Below, piece by piece: positions 19,690 through 28,786 of a stretch of DNA of 64,000 nt. Numbering within the stretch: the stretch's first letter is position 1; the number at the start of each line of letters is the position of its first letter. The notes beneath the pieces were generated by a model. It saw only the letters and a list, made by a program, of their open reading frames with translations. It ran no database searches and had not been told where the DNA came from. The DNA is taken from positions 32 through 64,031 of the forward strand of contig CAYLYZ010000017.1 in the NCBI GenBank assembly GCA_964387885.1. Reading direction: 5' to 3'. A program made the position numbers and the translations under genes. Source of the DNA: an uncultured bacterium. GTDB taxonomy: Bacteria > Electryoneota > AABM5-125-24 > Hatepunaeales > Hatepunaeaceae.

Positions 19690-19708
19690 CAATGTCACCT
19701 CTGTTATT

Positions 19709-19733
19709 AGTGTGCTTATCGTATATATACACT
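19709..19733. promoter_or_regulatory. YtrA-type operator
   Basis: AGTGTG-N13-TACACT, one mismatch from the B. subtilis YtrA box AGTGTA-N13-TACACT; TTGACT -35 on the minus strand at 19747-19752. Confidence 0.75.
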
Positions 19734-19896
19734 TATATTTTGCAAAAGTCAAGAGGTTTTTTGAGATTTTCTTATTTTTTGAAATTTGTCTCGGTAATAT
19801 AGGTGTCCCTGCCTGCGGTAATCTAATATTCAGATCATTCCTACAAAGGTGGGAATCCGTAGGGGCTGAAAATCTTCAGCCCTTTCAAATGTGGAT

Positions 19897-20075
19897 GTCA
19901 GATGTCATCATCCAAATGGAGTGTTGTCAGATACCCTCACCCCAATTGAGTGGTGTCAGATGTCATCATCCAAATGGAGTGTTGTCAGATACCCTCACCC
20001 CAATTGAGTGGTGTCAGATGTCATCATCCAAATGGAGTGTTGCCAGATCCCTCACCCCAATTGAGTGGTGTCAGG
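19897..20075. repeat. Tandem repeat, about 3 x 58 bp (two related 29-bp halves)
   Basis: Units start at 19897, 19955, 20013; resembles the GTGGTGTCAGGTGTCCTCACC REP at 28621. Confidence 0.85.
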
Positions 20076-20200
20076 CGCCCTCGAGACCTTTGAAATATTC
20101 ATAGTTTTCTTCGAATCTTGTGATTTTCCAGGAATAGCGATTTTATAAGTGCTTGTGTATTCTGGATGCACTTCGCAAGCGAAGCAGATATCCCGCCTTC

Positions 20201-20353
20201 CAGTATGTCCGAGAATAGCGTCAGAGCAAGAATTTCATTCTTGCTCCTCATTCCCGCGAAAGCGGGAATCCATATTTATCAATTACTTACTGGATTCCCA
20301 GTCAAGCTGGGAATGAGGAAGATAGGTGATTCTCTTCATTCTCGGACAGACTG
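20201..20353. mobile_element. MITE with 16-bp TIRs and 4-bp target duplication CTTC, carrying a nested ATTCCC-type REP pair
   Basis: CAGTATGTCCGAGAAT / ATTCTCGGACAGACTG (15/16); CTTC on both flanks; empty site visible at 6412-6460. Confidence 0.82.
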
Positions 20354-20461
20354 CTTCGCGGGAACGACGTGCTTTCACAAGAGTAGAATATTTCAAAGAA
20401 CTCGGCCTCACCTGACACTAATATCATTTCAGTTCAACACCTTTTCACAAAACACATAAGA

Positions 20462-20490
20462 TTGATTCTTAAAAGAAAATTATGTATATT
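20462..20490 (+). promoter_or_regulatory. Putative sigma70 promoter
   Basis: TTGATT-17-TATATT upstream of 20538. Confidence 0.5.
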
Positions 20491-20537
20491 ATTATATATA
20501 CTAATACTACATATTTCTTTTACAGAGGATTCGTACA

Positions 20538-22124
20538 ATGATTCGCTACTTTTTGATTCTGGGAATAATCCTCACCTTATCTGGTTTTCCCTCTTACGGT
20601 CAGTTGATTGAAATCAATCCCGACCCAATCGACTTCGGTTCATTAACAATTGGCTACAACGGTGAACCCGAAGCTTTTCGTACCGTTACAATTCAAAACA
20701 CATCTGACAATTTCGTTACGATTTCAAATATCGCTGCACTGGACACGACTCATTTTATTGTAGTTTCCAGTGATGCGCGATTGATTTGGGAAACGCTTCG
20801 TTACGTATATCATGGTGTGTTAAGATTTAGAGATTATTACCGTGAAGATCCCGGATCTCTGGAGGATTTAATTGAAACTGGTCACTATGAATTGGATGAG
20901 GACATTGGACGCATGTGGACTATCAGACTTATTGGGAGTAATCCGGTCACAGCGATTGAGGGAATATCCACGCGAGAACACCCATCTGGTGCCGGATGTG
21001 TCGTATGGTTTGACACTCAATCTGCTCAACTTAGGGGGCGTGACAGGTATATAGAAATGATTAATCTGCCTGAATCAATTCAAATCGCGGCAGGACAAAG
21101 CTATTCTTTTGAGGTGATGTTTTCTCCTGATGACACAGGCGAGATCAATGTGGCCCTGGGGGTAAGTGCATCTACTCATAATGAGCAGGAATCATATGAA
21201 ATTAAGCTTTCAGGATCAGGTTATTTTCATGAAGGATTAGATATCTCAGTTGAGCACATCGATTTTGGATTAGTTGGGACTAATGACCGGGCTGTTTACG
21301 AGTTCACGATGGATAACACCAGCAAGTATGCAGTGGAATGCGATTTCAGCGACAGTTTCCCATTTTGTTTGAGCGTCCAGTTCCTCGAACCGGTTCATAA
21401 TAGGTTCATGACAATCCTTCATGCTATTGATGCTTATAATCGGGATTTCGGAGAAGATCCTTCCTCTGTTGAAGAATTAATTTGGAGAGAGTATTTAAAA
21501 AGAGATAACGAGCTCAGACGTGAGTTCACAATTTCCTTAATTTCTCAAAATCCAATCATGTATATTGAGGCAATTTCCACTGCCAATCATGAGCCAGGTG
21601 CCGGACATGTACTCATATATGAAACCCAAACCCGTCGTTTCCGTGGATATGGCATGCGTGAAAACACATTTATTGCCCCACTAAGCTCACGTCGGTATGT
21701 TGCTTCCTTCATGCCAACTGAGTTAAGGGAGTTTTCTGATTCTGTCGAAATTACAGTTGAGTCTGATTTTCGGATTCAGCATACTTACCAGCGTACGATT
21801 CATTTCACCGGTGAGGGTAGTCCGTTGTTTGCACCTGATAATAATTCTCTACATTCTCCGGAAGAATTTAACCTGCAACCCGCATACCCCAATCCATTTA
21901 ACAATATGACCATAATCCCCTTCAACTTGACACAACCCGGGCTTGTAAAACTTGAAGTATTTAACTTCAGGGGACAGCTCATATCCACTCTGGCAAATCG
22001 CCAGTTTGATGCAGGTTTGAATAGGATCAAATGGAATGCAAACGAAATCGGGACAGGTGTGTACTTAGTGAAAATGTCCGCCAAATCACAGTCTGAATGG
22101 CAAAAGGTGGTGCTGGTCAGGTAG
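20538..22124 (+). CDS. Secreted protein: two Ig-like (ASH/choice-of-anchor-D-like) domains, each with an inserted pilin-head-like domain, plus FlgD/T9SS-A-like C-terminal domain
   Basis: Signal peptide; IDFG..TIQNTS and IDFG..TMDNTS Ig starts; LSGSG/FTGEG ends; AYPNPFN...TGVYLVKM. Confidence 0.75.
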   Translation: MIRYFLILGIILTLSGFPSYGQLIEINPDPIDFGSLTIGYNGEPEAFRTVTIQNTSDNFVTISNIAALDTTHFIVVSSDARLIWETLRYVYHGVLRFRDYYREDPGSLEDLIETGHYELDEDIGRMWTIRLIGSNPVTAIEGISTREHPSGAGCVVWFDTQSAQLRGRDRYIEMINLPESIQIAAGQSYSFEVMFSPDDTGEINVALGVSASTHNEQESYEIKLSGSGYFHEGLDISVEHIDFGLVGTNDRAVYEFTMDNTSKYAVECDFSDSFPFCLSVQFLEPVHNRFMTILHAIDAYNRDFGEDPSSVEELIWREYLKRDNELRREFTISLISQNPIMYIEAISTANHEPGAGHVLIYETQTRRFRGYGMRENTFIAPLSSRRYVASFMPTELREFSDSVEITVESDFRIQHTYQRTIHFTGEGSPLFAPDNNSLHSPEEFNLQPAYPNPFNNMTIIPFNLTQPGLVKLEVFNFRGQLISTLANRQFDAGLNRIKWNANEIGTGVYLVKMSAKSQSEWQKVVLVR

Positions 22125-22245
22125 AAGTGGAGATATCAGCCGAATCACAGTTTGAATGGCAAAAGGTGGTGCTGGTCAGGTAGAAGTGGAGATATCAGCC
22201 GAATCACAGTTTGAATGGCAAAAGGTGGTGCTGGTCAGGTAGAAG
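22084..22245. repeat. Tandem triplication (59-bp period) of the 3' end of the upstream gene
   Basis: AATCACAGT(C/T)TGAATGGCAAAAGGTGGTGCTGGTCAGGTAGAAG at 22084, 22143, 22202. Confidence 0.9.
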
Positions 22246-22330
22246 AAGAGTAGCAGAATATTCGACACTCTGTTGCAGGAGTAAGTCTGCCTTCGCTCTG
22301 ACTAATCGGGCTGTCCAAGAATACTGTTTC

Positions 22331-22418
22331 GGAGGTCTGGTTCTTAATCCGACATTTACACACTGAAAAACACAGCGGACATATTCAAAATATCCGGCGG
22401 AATAAGATTCCGCCCTAC
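22331..22418. repeat. Family A REPIN, preceded by an orphan MITE-type TIR at 22307-22324
   Basis: GGAGGTCTGGTTCTTAATCCGAC ... GGCGGAATAAGATTCCGCCCTAC; TIR-like CGGGCTGTCCAAGAATAC. Confidence 0.75.
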
Positions 22419-22536
22419 GATGAGGTATTTACCGATCAAATCCCTCGACCACAAGGAATCGAGGCTACGACAGTCTCACCATATCCCCCTCAAAAATCAT
22501 CCCTCTCAAATTAGTGTTTTACACCCCTCGTAAAAC

Positions 22537-22565
22537 TTGACAACATAAGACAACTCGTGTATTAT
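22537..22565 (+). promoter_or_regulatory. Putative sigma70 promoter
   Basis: TTGACA-17-TATTAT upstream of 22683. Confidence 0.6.
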
Positions 22566-22682
22566 GTAAAGAATCCACCTGCCTTCCGTCGATTCTGTAT
22601 TGCTCCTGTCCGAGCAGTTGGTACAGCCGCGCACTGCCTATTGTGATCCACAAATTTAGTCCTGGAAATTTTTGAGGTCAAC

Positions 22683-25600
22683 ATGCGTTTTAGTTTTAGT
22701 TATTTATTAGCAATTCTAGCTGTTTTTTTACCGTATTCAGCTACTTTCGGGCAGGTTTCTGTCGACCGGATCGGGTTTGCAACTGTGCTTGAGCAGGAGG
22801 CGGTGTATGAGACAGAAATTAATCTTCACAATGCTGGTGACGAAGCTGTCCCATTCAACGTCAGAATCCGGAAAATGAATCGTGAGGAAGAACGTCGGTT
22901 CGGTCCGCGGCGTGATGAACAGGGAGAGACACTCTCTGAGCATGAACTCGAATATCCATATACCGCTGGACTTGCTTGGGATGCCGAAGAGGAAATTATG
23001 TACGGCTCACACGTTACGGAAGCTCGGATTGTAGGCTATCGGTGGAACGGCGAGGAAATCACTGAAGTGACGGTTGATTTTGTCGCTGAGGGAATTCAAG
23101 CCAATATGCTTGTGGCACTTGCATATTACGAAGGAGTCCTGCACACATTCTACTGGAGTCAAGCCCTCATCTACAGATATGACGTTGAAGGCAACCAGTT
23201 GGAGTCTATTGAAACGCAGTGGGACGACGAGTTGACTTATGGTTTAGGTCTCGCAATAGATCCTGAAAACGCACACCTTTACATGACTGCATTTCACAAT
23301 GCCGGTGCTCATTGCGATATGAAAATCTATGATATCAACGACGACTACAACCAGATAGGCTACATCGACGGGATTGAGAATATGGGTGAAGTAAGGGATG
23401 CCGACGTGCGTAACCGACTGAACTGGGTACCGGAACACGAAGACGGACACCTCTGGGTTTACGAACGGAACCAGGCGGAAGTTCAGGATGGTGCAATTGG
23501 TCCTGACACCCCACCTTATCATGCCTGGCAGCTTGACATCATCCCTGGAGAAGAGGGGATATGGGAATATGAAGTGATAGACCATTTTGAGGTCGAGTCC
23601 GATGCATGGTCAAATGGTATAAGCCACGATGGTGAAAACCTATGGATTGGAAACCGTAATAGCAACCTTGTCCGCATTATTGACGATGGGCTATCAGAGG
23701 CGAAATGGATAGAGATTGAACCAAGATCAGGTGAAGTTCCCGCAGATCAGGAAATCACCTTAGAAGTATTCATTGAGCCTGTTGAACTTGAGGATGGTGT
23801 ATACGAGCAATTAGTCAGGATTGGCTTCGATGATCCCGCTGGGACGGTGATTGAAATGTCAGTGGTTATGTCACTTGAGACCCCAACCGCAAATGTTTCA
23901 GGGACTGTGATCGATGCTGCGACCGACGAACCTTTAGAAGGTGTCAGGGGTGATCTGGATTATTACCTCATCTCCCGCTTCACTGACGAGGAAGGGGGAT
24001 ATAGCATCGAAAACCTGCCAATGGGTGAGTTCGTAATGACATTTACCCACCCCGATTACATGCCTGCCAGCGTGGAAGTGGTTATTGAGGAAGGTGGTGA
24101 TATCGTTGCAGATGCTGAAATGCTGCACGGTGAGTTCAATCCTGACCGGGAATTTATCCGGCAGTCGCTTGCACCTGATGATGATATCCATGTTCTGTTT
24201 GACGTGAGTAATGACGGCAATGCTCCGGTGGAATATAGCTCCGAACGCCGATTGATTGGTGATGCAGATACAGATCCCTGGGAACTCCGTGCGAGTGTAC
24301 CTGCCGGGATTATTACTGAGGATTCCCGCATCCAGGGTGCCGTATTCATTGATGATTTATTCTATGTACCGGGTGCAAATAACCGTGAACCCTTAATCTA
24401 TGTCTTAAACCGGGATCAGGAACTTGTGGATCAGTATGACCAGCTTGGTGAAGGTCGTTACGGCTACAAGGATATCGCCACAGATGGGGAAATAATCTGG
24501 GGATCAGGAGAACGCAACATCTATGGTTTCAACACCGATGGTGAAGAAATAGTGTCTTTTGACAGCGGTATCTCCCCTTGTAATAACCTCGCATGGGATT
24601 CCGACCGGGAAATATTATGGGCTTCTGGAACGACAACCGACATTTTGGGATTTGATCGTGAGGGAAATCAGGTAGCCGAAATCAGCCGCCATGAATATCG
24701 TGTTTACGGATTGGCTTATTGGCCGGATGATCCGGATGGCTACCAGCTCTATATTTTCCATAAGATCAATGATGTCGGTGATTTGATGGTCGCCAAGATC
24801 GACATTGAAAACGACCAGGCAATGGATGTTGCGAACTTGCAGCATGATATAGGAGGTGTTGCACAGGGTTGTTTTATCACCAACGAGTATGATATTTACA
24901 GCTGGGTATTCATGGGTGTTGCCAATAACGGCGGTGAAGACCGAATCGACATCTGGCAACTGGATGTTCGGAAGGACTGGTTCCTACTTGATCCGATCGA
25001 GGGTGTTATTGAGGCAAACGAAAGTCAGGAATTTGATCTTCATTTAAACGCAACCGATCTCCCCGTTGCAGATTTTGAGGGTGAGATTGTCTTCAGTCAC
25101 AATGGTCTCGGAAGTCAGGCTATAATACCGGTAATCATGAACGTTGAGGCGGGACGCATGCAATCCGAACGCACTCTGCAGCTCGCATTCGGCTGGAACA
25201 TGGTTTCGGTTAATCTGCAGCCAAATGAGGAAGATGTAACTGTGCTGACTCGTCCGCTGGTTGATGCCGAGGTTTTGGAGATGATGAAGGACGGAGCCGG
25301 TCACTTTTATAATCCTCAGTTCAATTTTAACAACATTCCCGGCTGGTCAGTCGAACAGGGTTACCTGATGAAGTTAACTGAAGATGCGGAACTCACACTT
25401 GAGGGTGAAACTGTTCTCGCTGATGATCCGATTCAACTACAAGACGGCTGGCAAATGGTGAGTTACTATCCACGCCGTCCTATCGATGCGATTTTGGCAT
25501 TGTCAGGAATCGTTGATCAGCTTGAGCTCGCTAAGGATGCTGCTGGACATTTTTATAATCCTCAGTTCCGTTTCAGCAACATCGGAGACATGCGTGAAGG

Positions 25601-26288
25601 GCAGGGGTATTTGATGAAAGTGTCTGAAGATGTGGAGTTGGTCTATAACCTTGAAGATGAAAGAAATGCCTATTCACCAATCGAACGATTGGGTGATTCC
25701 CGATTGGGAGTTGTAGTACCGACCGGTGAGAATATGAGTTTACTACTTTTGGGTGAGGGTTATTCAGGCTGCGAAGTGGGTGTTTATGCCGATGGTTTGT
25801 TGGTCGGCAGCGGTCATTTTACTGGTGATGTCTGCGGGGTAGCAGTTTGGGGAGACGATCCTACAACGGAGGAAATCGATGGTGCACTGCCCGGTCAACT
25901 TCTCGAACTTATTGTGAATAACGATTCCGGTGACGTGGGAGCTGAATATAACACGCTTCAAGGTGAATCAACCTATACAAAAGACGGATTCTGGGCAGTA
26001 CAACTTGAGGATTCACAGGCACCTTCTCAATTTGGGATTAGTGAGATCTATCCTAATCCGTTCAACGCGATGTTGAACCTTCGATTCGAGATGTCACATT
26101 CTGCTCAAATAACCATAGGTGTTTATGATATCAGTGGTCGGTTGGTGGAACAGTTGGTGAGCGATGAATGGACAGCTGGCCATCATAAGCTCAGATGGGA
26201 TGCGAGTTTAATTTCAGCAGGGGTATATTTAGTACTTATGGAGGCACCCGGTTTCAGTGCAGTCAGGAAGGCCTTATTGGTGAAATAG
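22683..26288 (+). CDS. Large acidic surface protein: split Ig + beta-propeller (x2), carboxypeptidase-regulatory-like domain, GWNMVS repeats, FlgD/T9SS-A-like CTD
   Basis: Signal peptide; GLAWD/GISHDG blades; VSGTVIDAATDEPL..TDEEGGYSI; IYPNPFN. Confidence 0.85.
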   Translation: MRFSFSYLLAILAVFLPYSATFGQVSVDRIGFATVLEQEAVYETEINLHNAGDEAVPFNVRIRKMNREEERRFGPRRDEQGETLSEHELEYPYTAGLAWDAEEEIMYGSHVTEARIVGYRWNGEEITEVTVDFVAEGIQANMLVALAYYEGVLHTFYWSQALIYRYDVEGNQLESIETQWDDELTYGLGLAIDPENAHLYMTAFHNAGAHCDMKIYDINDDYNQIGYIDGIENMGEVRDADVRNRLNWVPEHEDGHLWVYERNQAEVQDGAIGPDTPPYHAWQLDIIPGEEGIWEYEVIDHFEVESDAWSNGISHDGENLWIGNRNSNLVRIIDDGLSEAKWIEIEPRSGEVPADQEITLEVFIEPVELEDGVYEQLVRIGFDDPAGTVIEMSVVMSLETPTANVSGTVIDAATDEPLEGVRGDLDYYLISRFTDEEGGYSIENLPMGEFVMTFTHPDYMPASVEVVIEEGGDIVADAEMLHGEFNPDREFIRQSLAPDDDIHVLFDVSNDGNAPVEYSSERRLIGDADTDPWELRASVPAGIITEDSRIQGAVFIDDLFYVPGANNREPLIYVLNRDQELVDQYDQLGEGRYGYKDIATDGEIIWGSGERNIYGFNTDGEEIVSFDSGISPCNNLAWDSDREILWASGTTTDILGFDREGNQVAEISRHEYRVYGLAYWPDDPDGYQLYIFHKINDVGDLMVAKIDIENDQAMDVANLQHDIGGVAQGCFITNEYDIYSWVFMGVANNGGEDRIDIWQLDVRKDWFLLDPIEGVIEANESQEFDLHLNATDLPVADFEGEIVFSHNGLGSQAIIPVIMNVEAGRMQSERTLQLAFGWNMVSVNLQPNEEDVTVLTRPLVDAEVLEMMKDGAGHFYNPQFNFNNIPGWSVEQGYLMKLTEDAELTLEGETVLADDPIQLQDGWQMVSYYPRRPIDAILALSGIVDQLELAKDAAGHFYNPQFRFSNIGDMREGQGYLMKVSEDVELVYNLEDERNAYSPIERLGDSRLGVVVPTGENMSLLLLGEGYSGCEVGVYADGLLVGSGHFTGDVCGVAVWGDDPTTEEIDGALPGQLLELIVNNDSGDVGAEYNTLQGESTYTKDGFWAVQLEDSQAPSQFGISEIYPNPFNAMLNLRFEMSHSAQITIGVYDISGRLVEQLVSDEWTAGHHKLRWDASLISAGVYLVLMEAPGFSAVRKALLVK

Positions 26289-26300
26289 ATCAATGTCGGT

Positions 26301-26391
26301 GTAGGTCGGATTCTTAATTCGACAATTTCCCGATCACACCGCAATTCGGTGATCCTACACAAAGGTTCGACGGAATAAGATTCCGCCCTAC
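26301..26391. repeat. Family A REPIN
   Basis: GTAGGTCGGATTCTTAATTCGAC ... GACGGAATAAGATTCCGCCCTAC. Confidence 0.8.
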
Positions 26392-26442
26392 ACGGCTTCA
26401 TCCTGCCTCGCAGGAATGAAGAGGAAAGGAATCATTGCAATG

Positions 26443-26490
26443 AAAAAGGGATTGGAAATCAGCAAATTTATTGCTGAACTCCAATCCCTT
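26443..26490 (-). terminator. Rho-independent terminator of the peptide ABC operon
   Basis: Minus strand AAGGGATTGGAGTTCAGCAA-loop-TTGCTGATTTCCAATCCCTTTTT. Confidence 0.7.
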
Positions 26491-26543
26491 ATCTCCCTCA
26501 CCCATCCGGATTAATTCCGATAAGGTGGATTTAATCTAAATAC

Positions 26544-27557
26544 CTACCTCACATAAGGACAGGCAACACTTCTGTTACTACCCATATCCTCAAGTTTCGG
26601 TGTATATGTCGCGCATTCTGCCTTCGCTATTGGGCATCTCGTCCGGAAGGGACATCCCGATGGTTTTGCCAGTGGACTTGGGATGTCACCGGTCAGGATT
26701 GTTCGCTTGCGGTCCTTTGCGCCTTTTGGATCAGGTAGTGGGACTGCTGAAAGCAGTGCTTTTGAATACGGGTGTTTTGGGTCGTTGTAGATAACGTCGG
26801 ATGGACCGATCTCTACTAGATGTCCCAGGTACATCACTGCAATCCTACCGGAAATATGTTCAACAACTGATAAGTCATGAGCGATGAACAGGAAGCTCAG
26901 ATTAAATTCTGCTTCGAGGTCTTCGAGCAGATTAATTACCTGTGCCTGAATGGAAACATCGAGCGCAGATACCGGCTCGTCGGCTACAATGACCTTTGGA
27001 TTGGTCGCAAGGGCACGAGCGATTCCGATTCTCTGCCTTTGACCACCTGAGAATTCGTGAGGATAACGCTGTGACTGTTCCGGATTTAGTCCGACCTTAT
27101 CAAGCAACCAACCGACACGCTCGACACGTTCAGCTCTGGTCATATTTGTATGAATCAACAGGGGTTCTTCGACAATCTTCATAACAGTCAAGCGTGGATT
27201 AAGAGAAGCAAATGGATCCTGGAAAATCATTTGTACATGAGAACGATAAGGTCTCATATTTTTCTTGGACAGCTTCATCACGTCGACAGGTCCCTCTTCG
27301 AGGTTGTATATTACCTCACCACCAAGATCTACATCTGGAGCAATTGATTTTAGAATGTTAATTATTGCCCTGCCAACAGTAGTTTTCCCACAACCGGATT
27401 CACCGACCATTCCGAGGGTTTCACCACCCATTAGATCGAATGTGACATGCTCGACTGCTCGAACTTCCGCAACCTTTCCAAGGAATAGTCCCCCGAAAAT
27501 CGGAAACTTGACTGATAAGTCTTTTACTTCAATTATGGGCTTTTGAATGGCCGCCAT
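26544..27557 (-). CDS. Oligopeptide ABC transporter ATPase (OppF/DppF-like)
   Basis: GESGCGKTT, YPHEFSGGQRQR, DEPVSALD, GCPFRTRC. Confidence 0.93.
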   Translation of the reverse strand: MAAIQKPIIEVKDLSVKFPIFGGLFLGKVAEVRAVEHVTFDLMGGETLGMVGESGCGKTTVGRAIINILKSIAPDVDLGGEVIYNLEEGPVDVMKLSKKNMRPYRSHVQMIFQDPFASLNPRLTVMKIVEEPLLIHTNMTRAERVERVGWLLDKVGLNPEQSQRYPHEFSGGQRQRIGIARALATNPKVIVADEPVSALDVSIQAQVINLLEDLEAEFNLSFLFIAHDLSVVEHISGRIAVMYLGHLVEIGPSDVIYNDPKHPYSKALLSAVPLPDPKGAKDRKRTILTGDIPSPLAKPSGCPFRTRCPIAKAECATYTPKLEDMGSNRSVACPYVR

Positions 27558-27577
27558 TTATATTACCTCAATCAATA

Positions 27578-28579
27578 TCAGGAAAAAAGGTGACACCGAA
27601 CCAACCGTCCGGGCTTAACTTCACGCAACTCAGGCTCACTTCGACTGCACTCTGGCTTAACCTGATCACAGCGGTTTGAGAACTTACATCCGGGTGGCAG
27701 ATTAATAATGCTGGGAACTGTTCCGGGAATATTATACAGCCGTTTCTTAGTTTGAAGATCAGGACGCGGTAAAGAATGCAACAGACCTTTGGTGTAAGGA
27801 TGTAGTGGTTCTTCAAACAGTGGTTCAATAGCTGACATCTCCTGTATCATACCACCATACATAACTATGACTCTTTGGCAAGTCTCGGCAACAACTGCCA
27901 GATCGTGCGTAATCAGCATGATCGCAGCCCCTTTACGCCGTTCCTTCACCATCATCATCAGGTCAAGGATCTGAGCCTGAATGGTCACATCAAGGGCTGT
28001 GGTGGGTTCGTCAGCAATTAAAAGGGCTGGATCGCATGCAAGAGCAATTGCGATCATAACCCGCTGTCTCATGCCTCCCGAGAATTGATGCGGGTAATCA
28101 TCCATCCGTTTAGCAGCATCGGGAATTCCTACCTGTTCAAGCATTGAAACAGCATGATCGAAAACTCTGTCTGGTGAAACGAAATTGTGATAGCCTATAA
28201 TCTCTTTAATCTGCATCCCAATCGTATAGACCGGATTCAGGGAGGTCATTGGTTCCTGGAAGATCATCGCAATTTCACGTCCTCGAATTCTGTATAATTC
28301 GCTGAGAGGAACATTCAAAAGGTCCATATCCTGAAATATTGCCTGACCGGCTAAAATTTCTCCCGGAGGATTTGGGATGAGGCGAATAAGTGAAAGTGCC
28401 GTAACCGATTTTCCGGAACCGGATTCACCGACGATGCCAAAAACTTCACCTTTCTTTATTTGAAAGTCAACACCATCGACTGCCTTGGCTGTCCCCGCCT
28501 CCGTGTGGAAGTGGGTTTTCAAACCTCGAACGTCTAAGAGAACATCGTCCTTTACAGGTGCCCAGTTTTGTTTATCCAT
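27578..28579 (-). CDS. Oligopeptide ABC transporter ATPase (OppD/DppD-like)
   Basis: [30 protein letters not shown]. Confidence 0.93.
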   Translation of the reverse strand: MDKQNWAPVKDDVLLDVRGLKTHFHTEAGTAKAVDGVDFQIKKGEVFGIVGESGSGKSVTALSLIRLIPNPPGEILAGQAIFQDMDLLNVPLSELYRIRGREIAMIFQEPMTSLNPVYTIGMQIKEIIGYHNFVSPDRVFDHAVSMLEQVGIPDAAKRMDDYPHQFSGGMRQRVMIAIALACDPALLIADEPTTALDVTIQAQILDLMMMVKERRKGAAIMLITHDLAVVAETCQRVIVMYGGMIQEMSAIEPLFEEPLHPYTKGLLHSLPRPDLQTKKRLYNIPGTVPSIINLPPGCKFSNRCDQVKPECSRSEPELREVKPGRLVRCHLFS

Positions 28580-28620
28580 TTGCTGAACTTCAGTATTAAT
28601 TAATTTACAGCTTCTTTTTA

Positions 28621-28779
28621 GTGGTGTCAGGTGTCCTCACCTGACACATCATTAGTTTTTTTCGTCAGGTGAGGACACCTGACGACACTCTCAAATCAGG
28701 TGAGGACACCTGACGACACTCTCAAATCAGGTGAGGACACCTGCGACACTCTCAAACCAGGCAGGGACGCCTGACCTAC
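28621..28779. repeat. REP cluster with a 3 x 31-bp tandem array
   Basis: GTCAGGTGTCCTCACCTGAC followed by TCAGGTGAGGACACCTGACGACACTCTCAAA at 28665, 28696, 28727; related copy near 56339. Confidence 0.85.
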
Positions 28780-28786
28780 TGTCAGT

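Noticed and set aside
19897-20075. CRISPR array (29-bp repeat/spacer alternation)
   Set aside because: The would-be spacers are near-identical to each other and related to the repeat.
22084-22245. Diversity-generating retroelement TR/VR pair
   Set aside because: Only one or two differences, not specific to template adenines, and no reverse transcriptase in the window.
28665-28779. CRISPR array (31-bp palindromic repeats)
   Set aside because: Units are directly adjacent with no unique spacers, no cas genes are present, and the unit is a REP found elsewhere.
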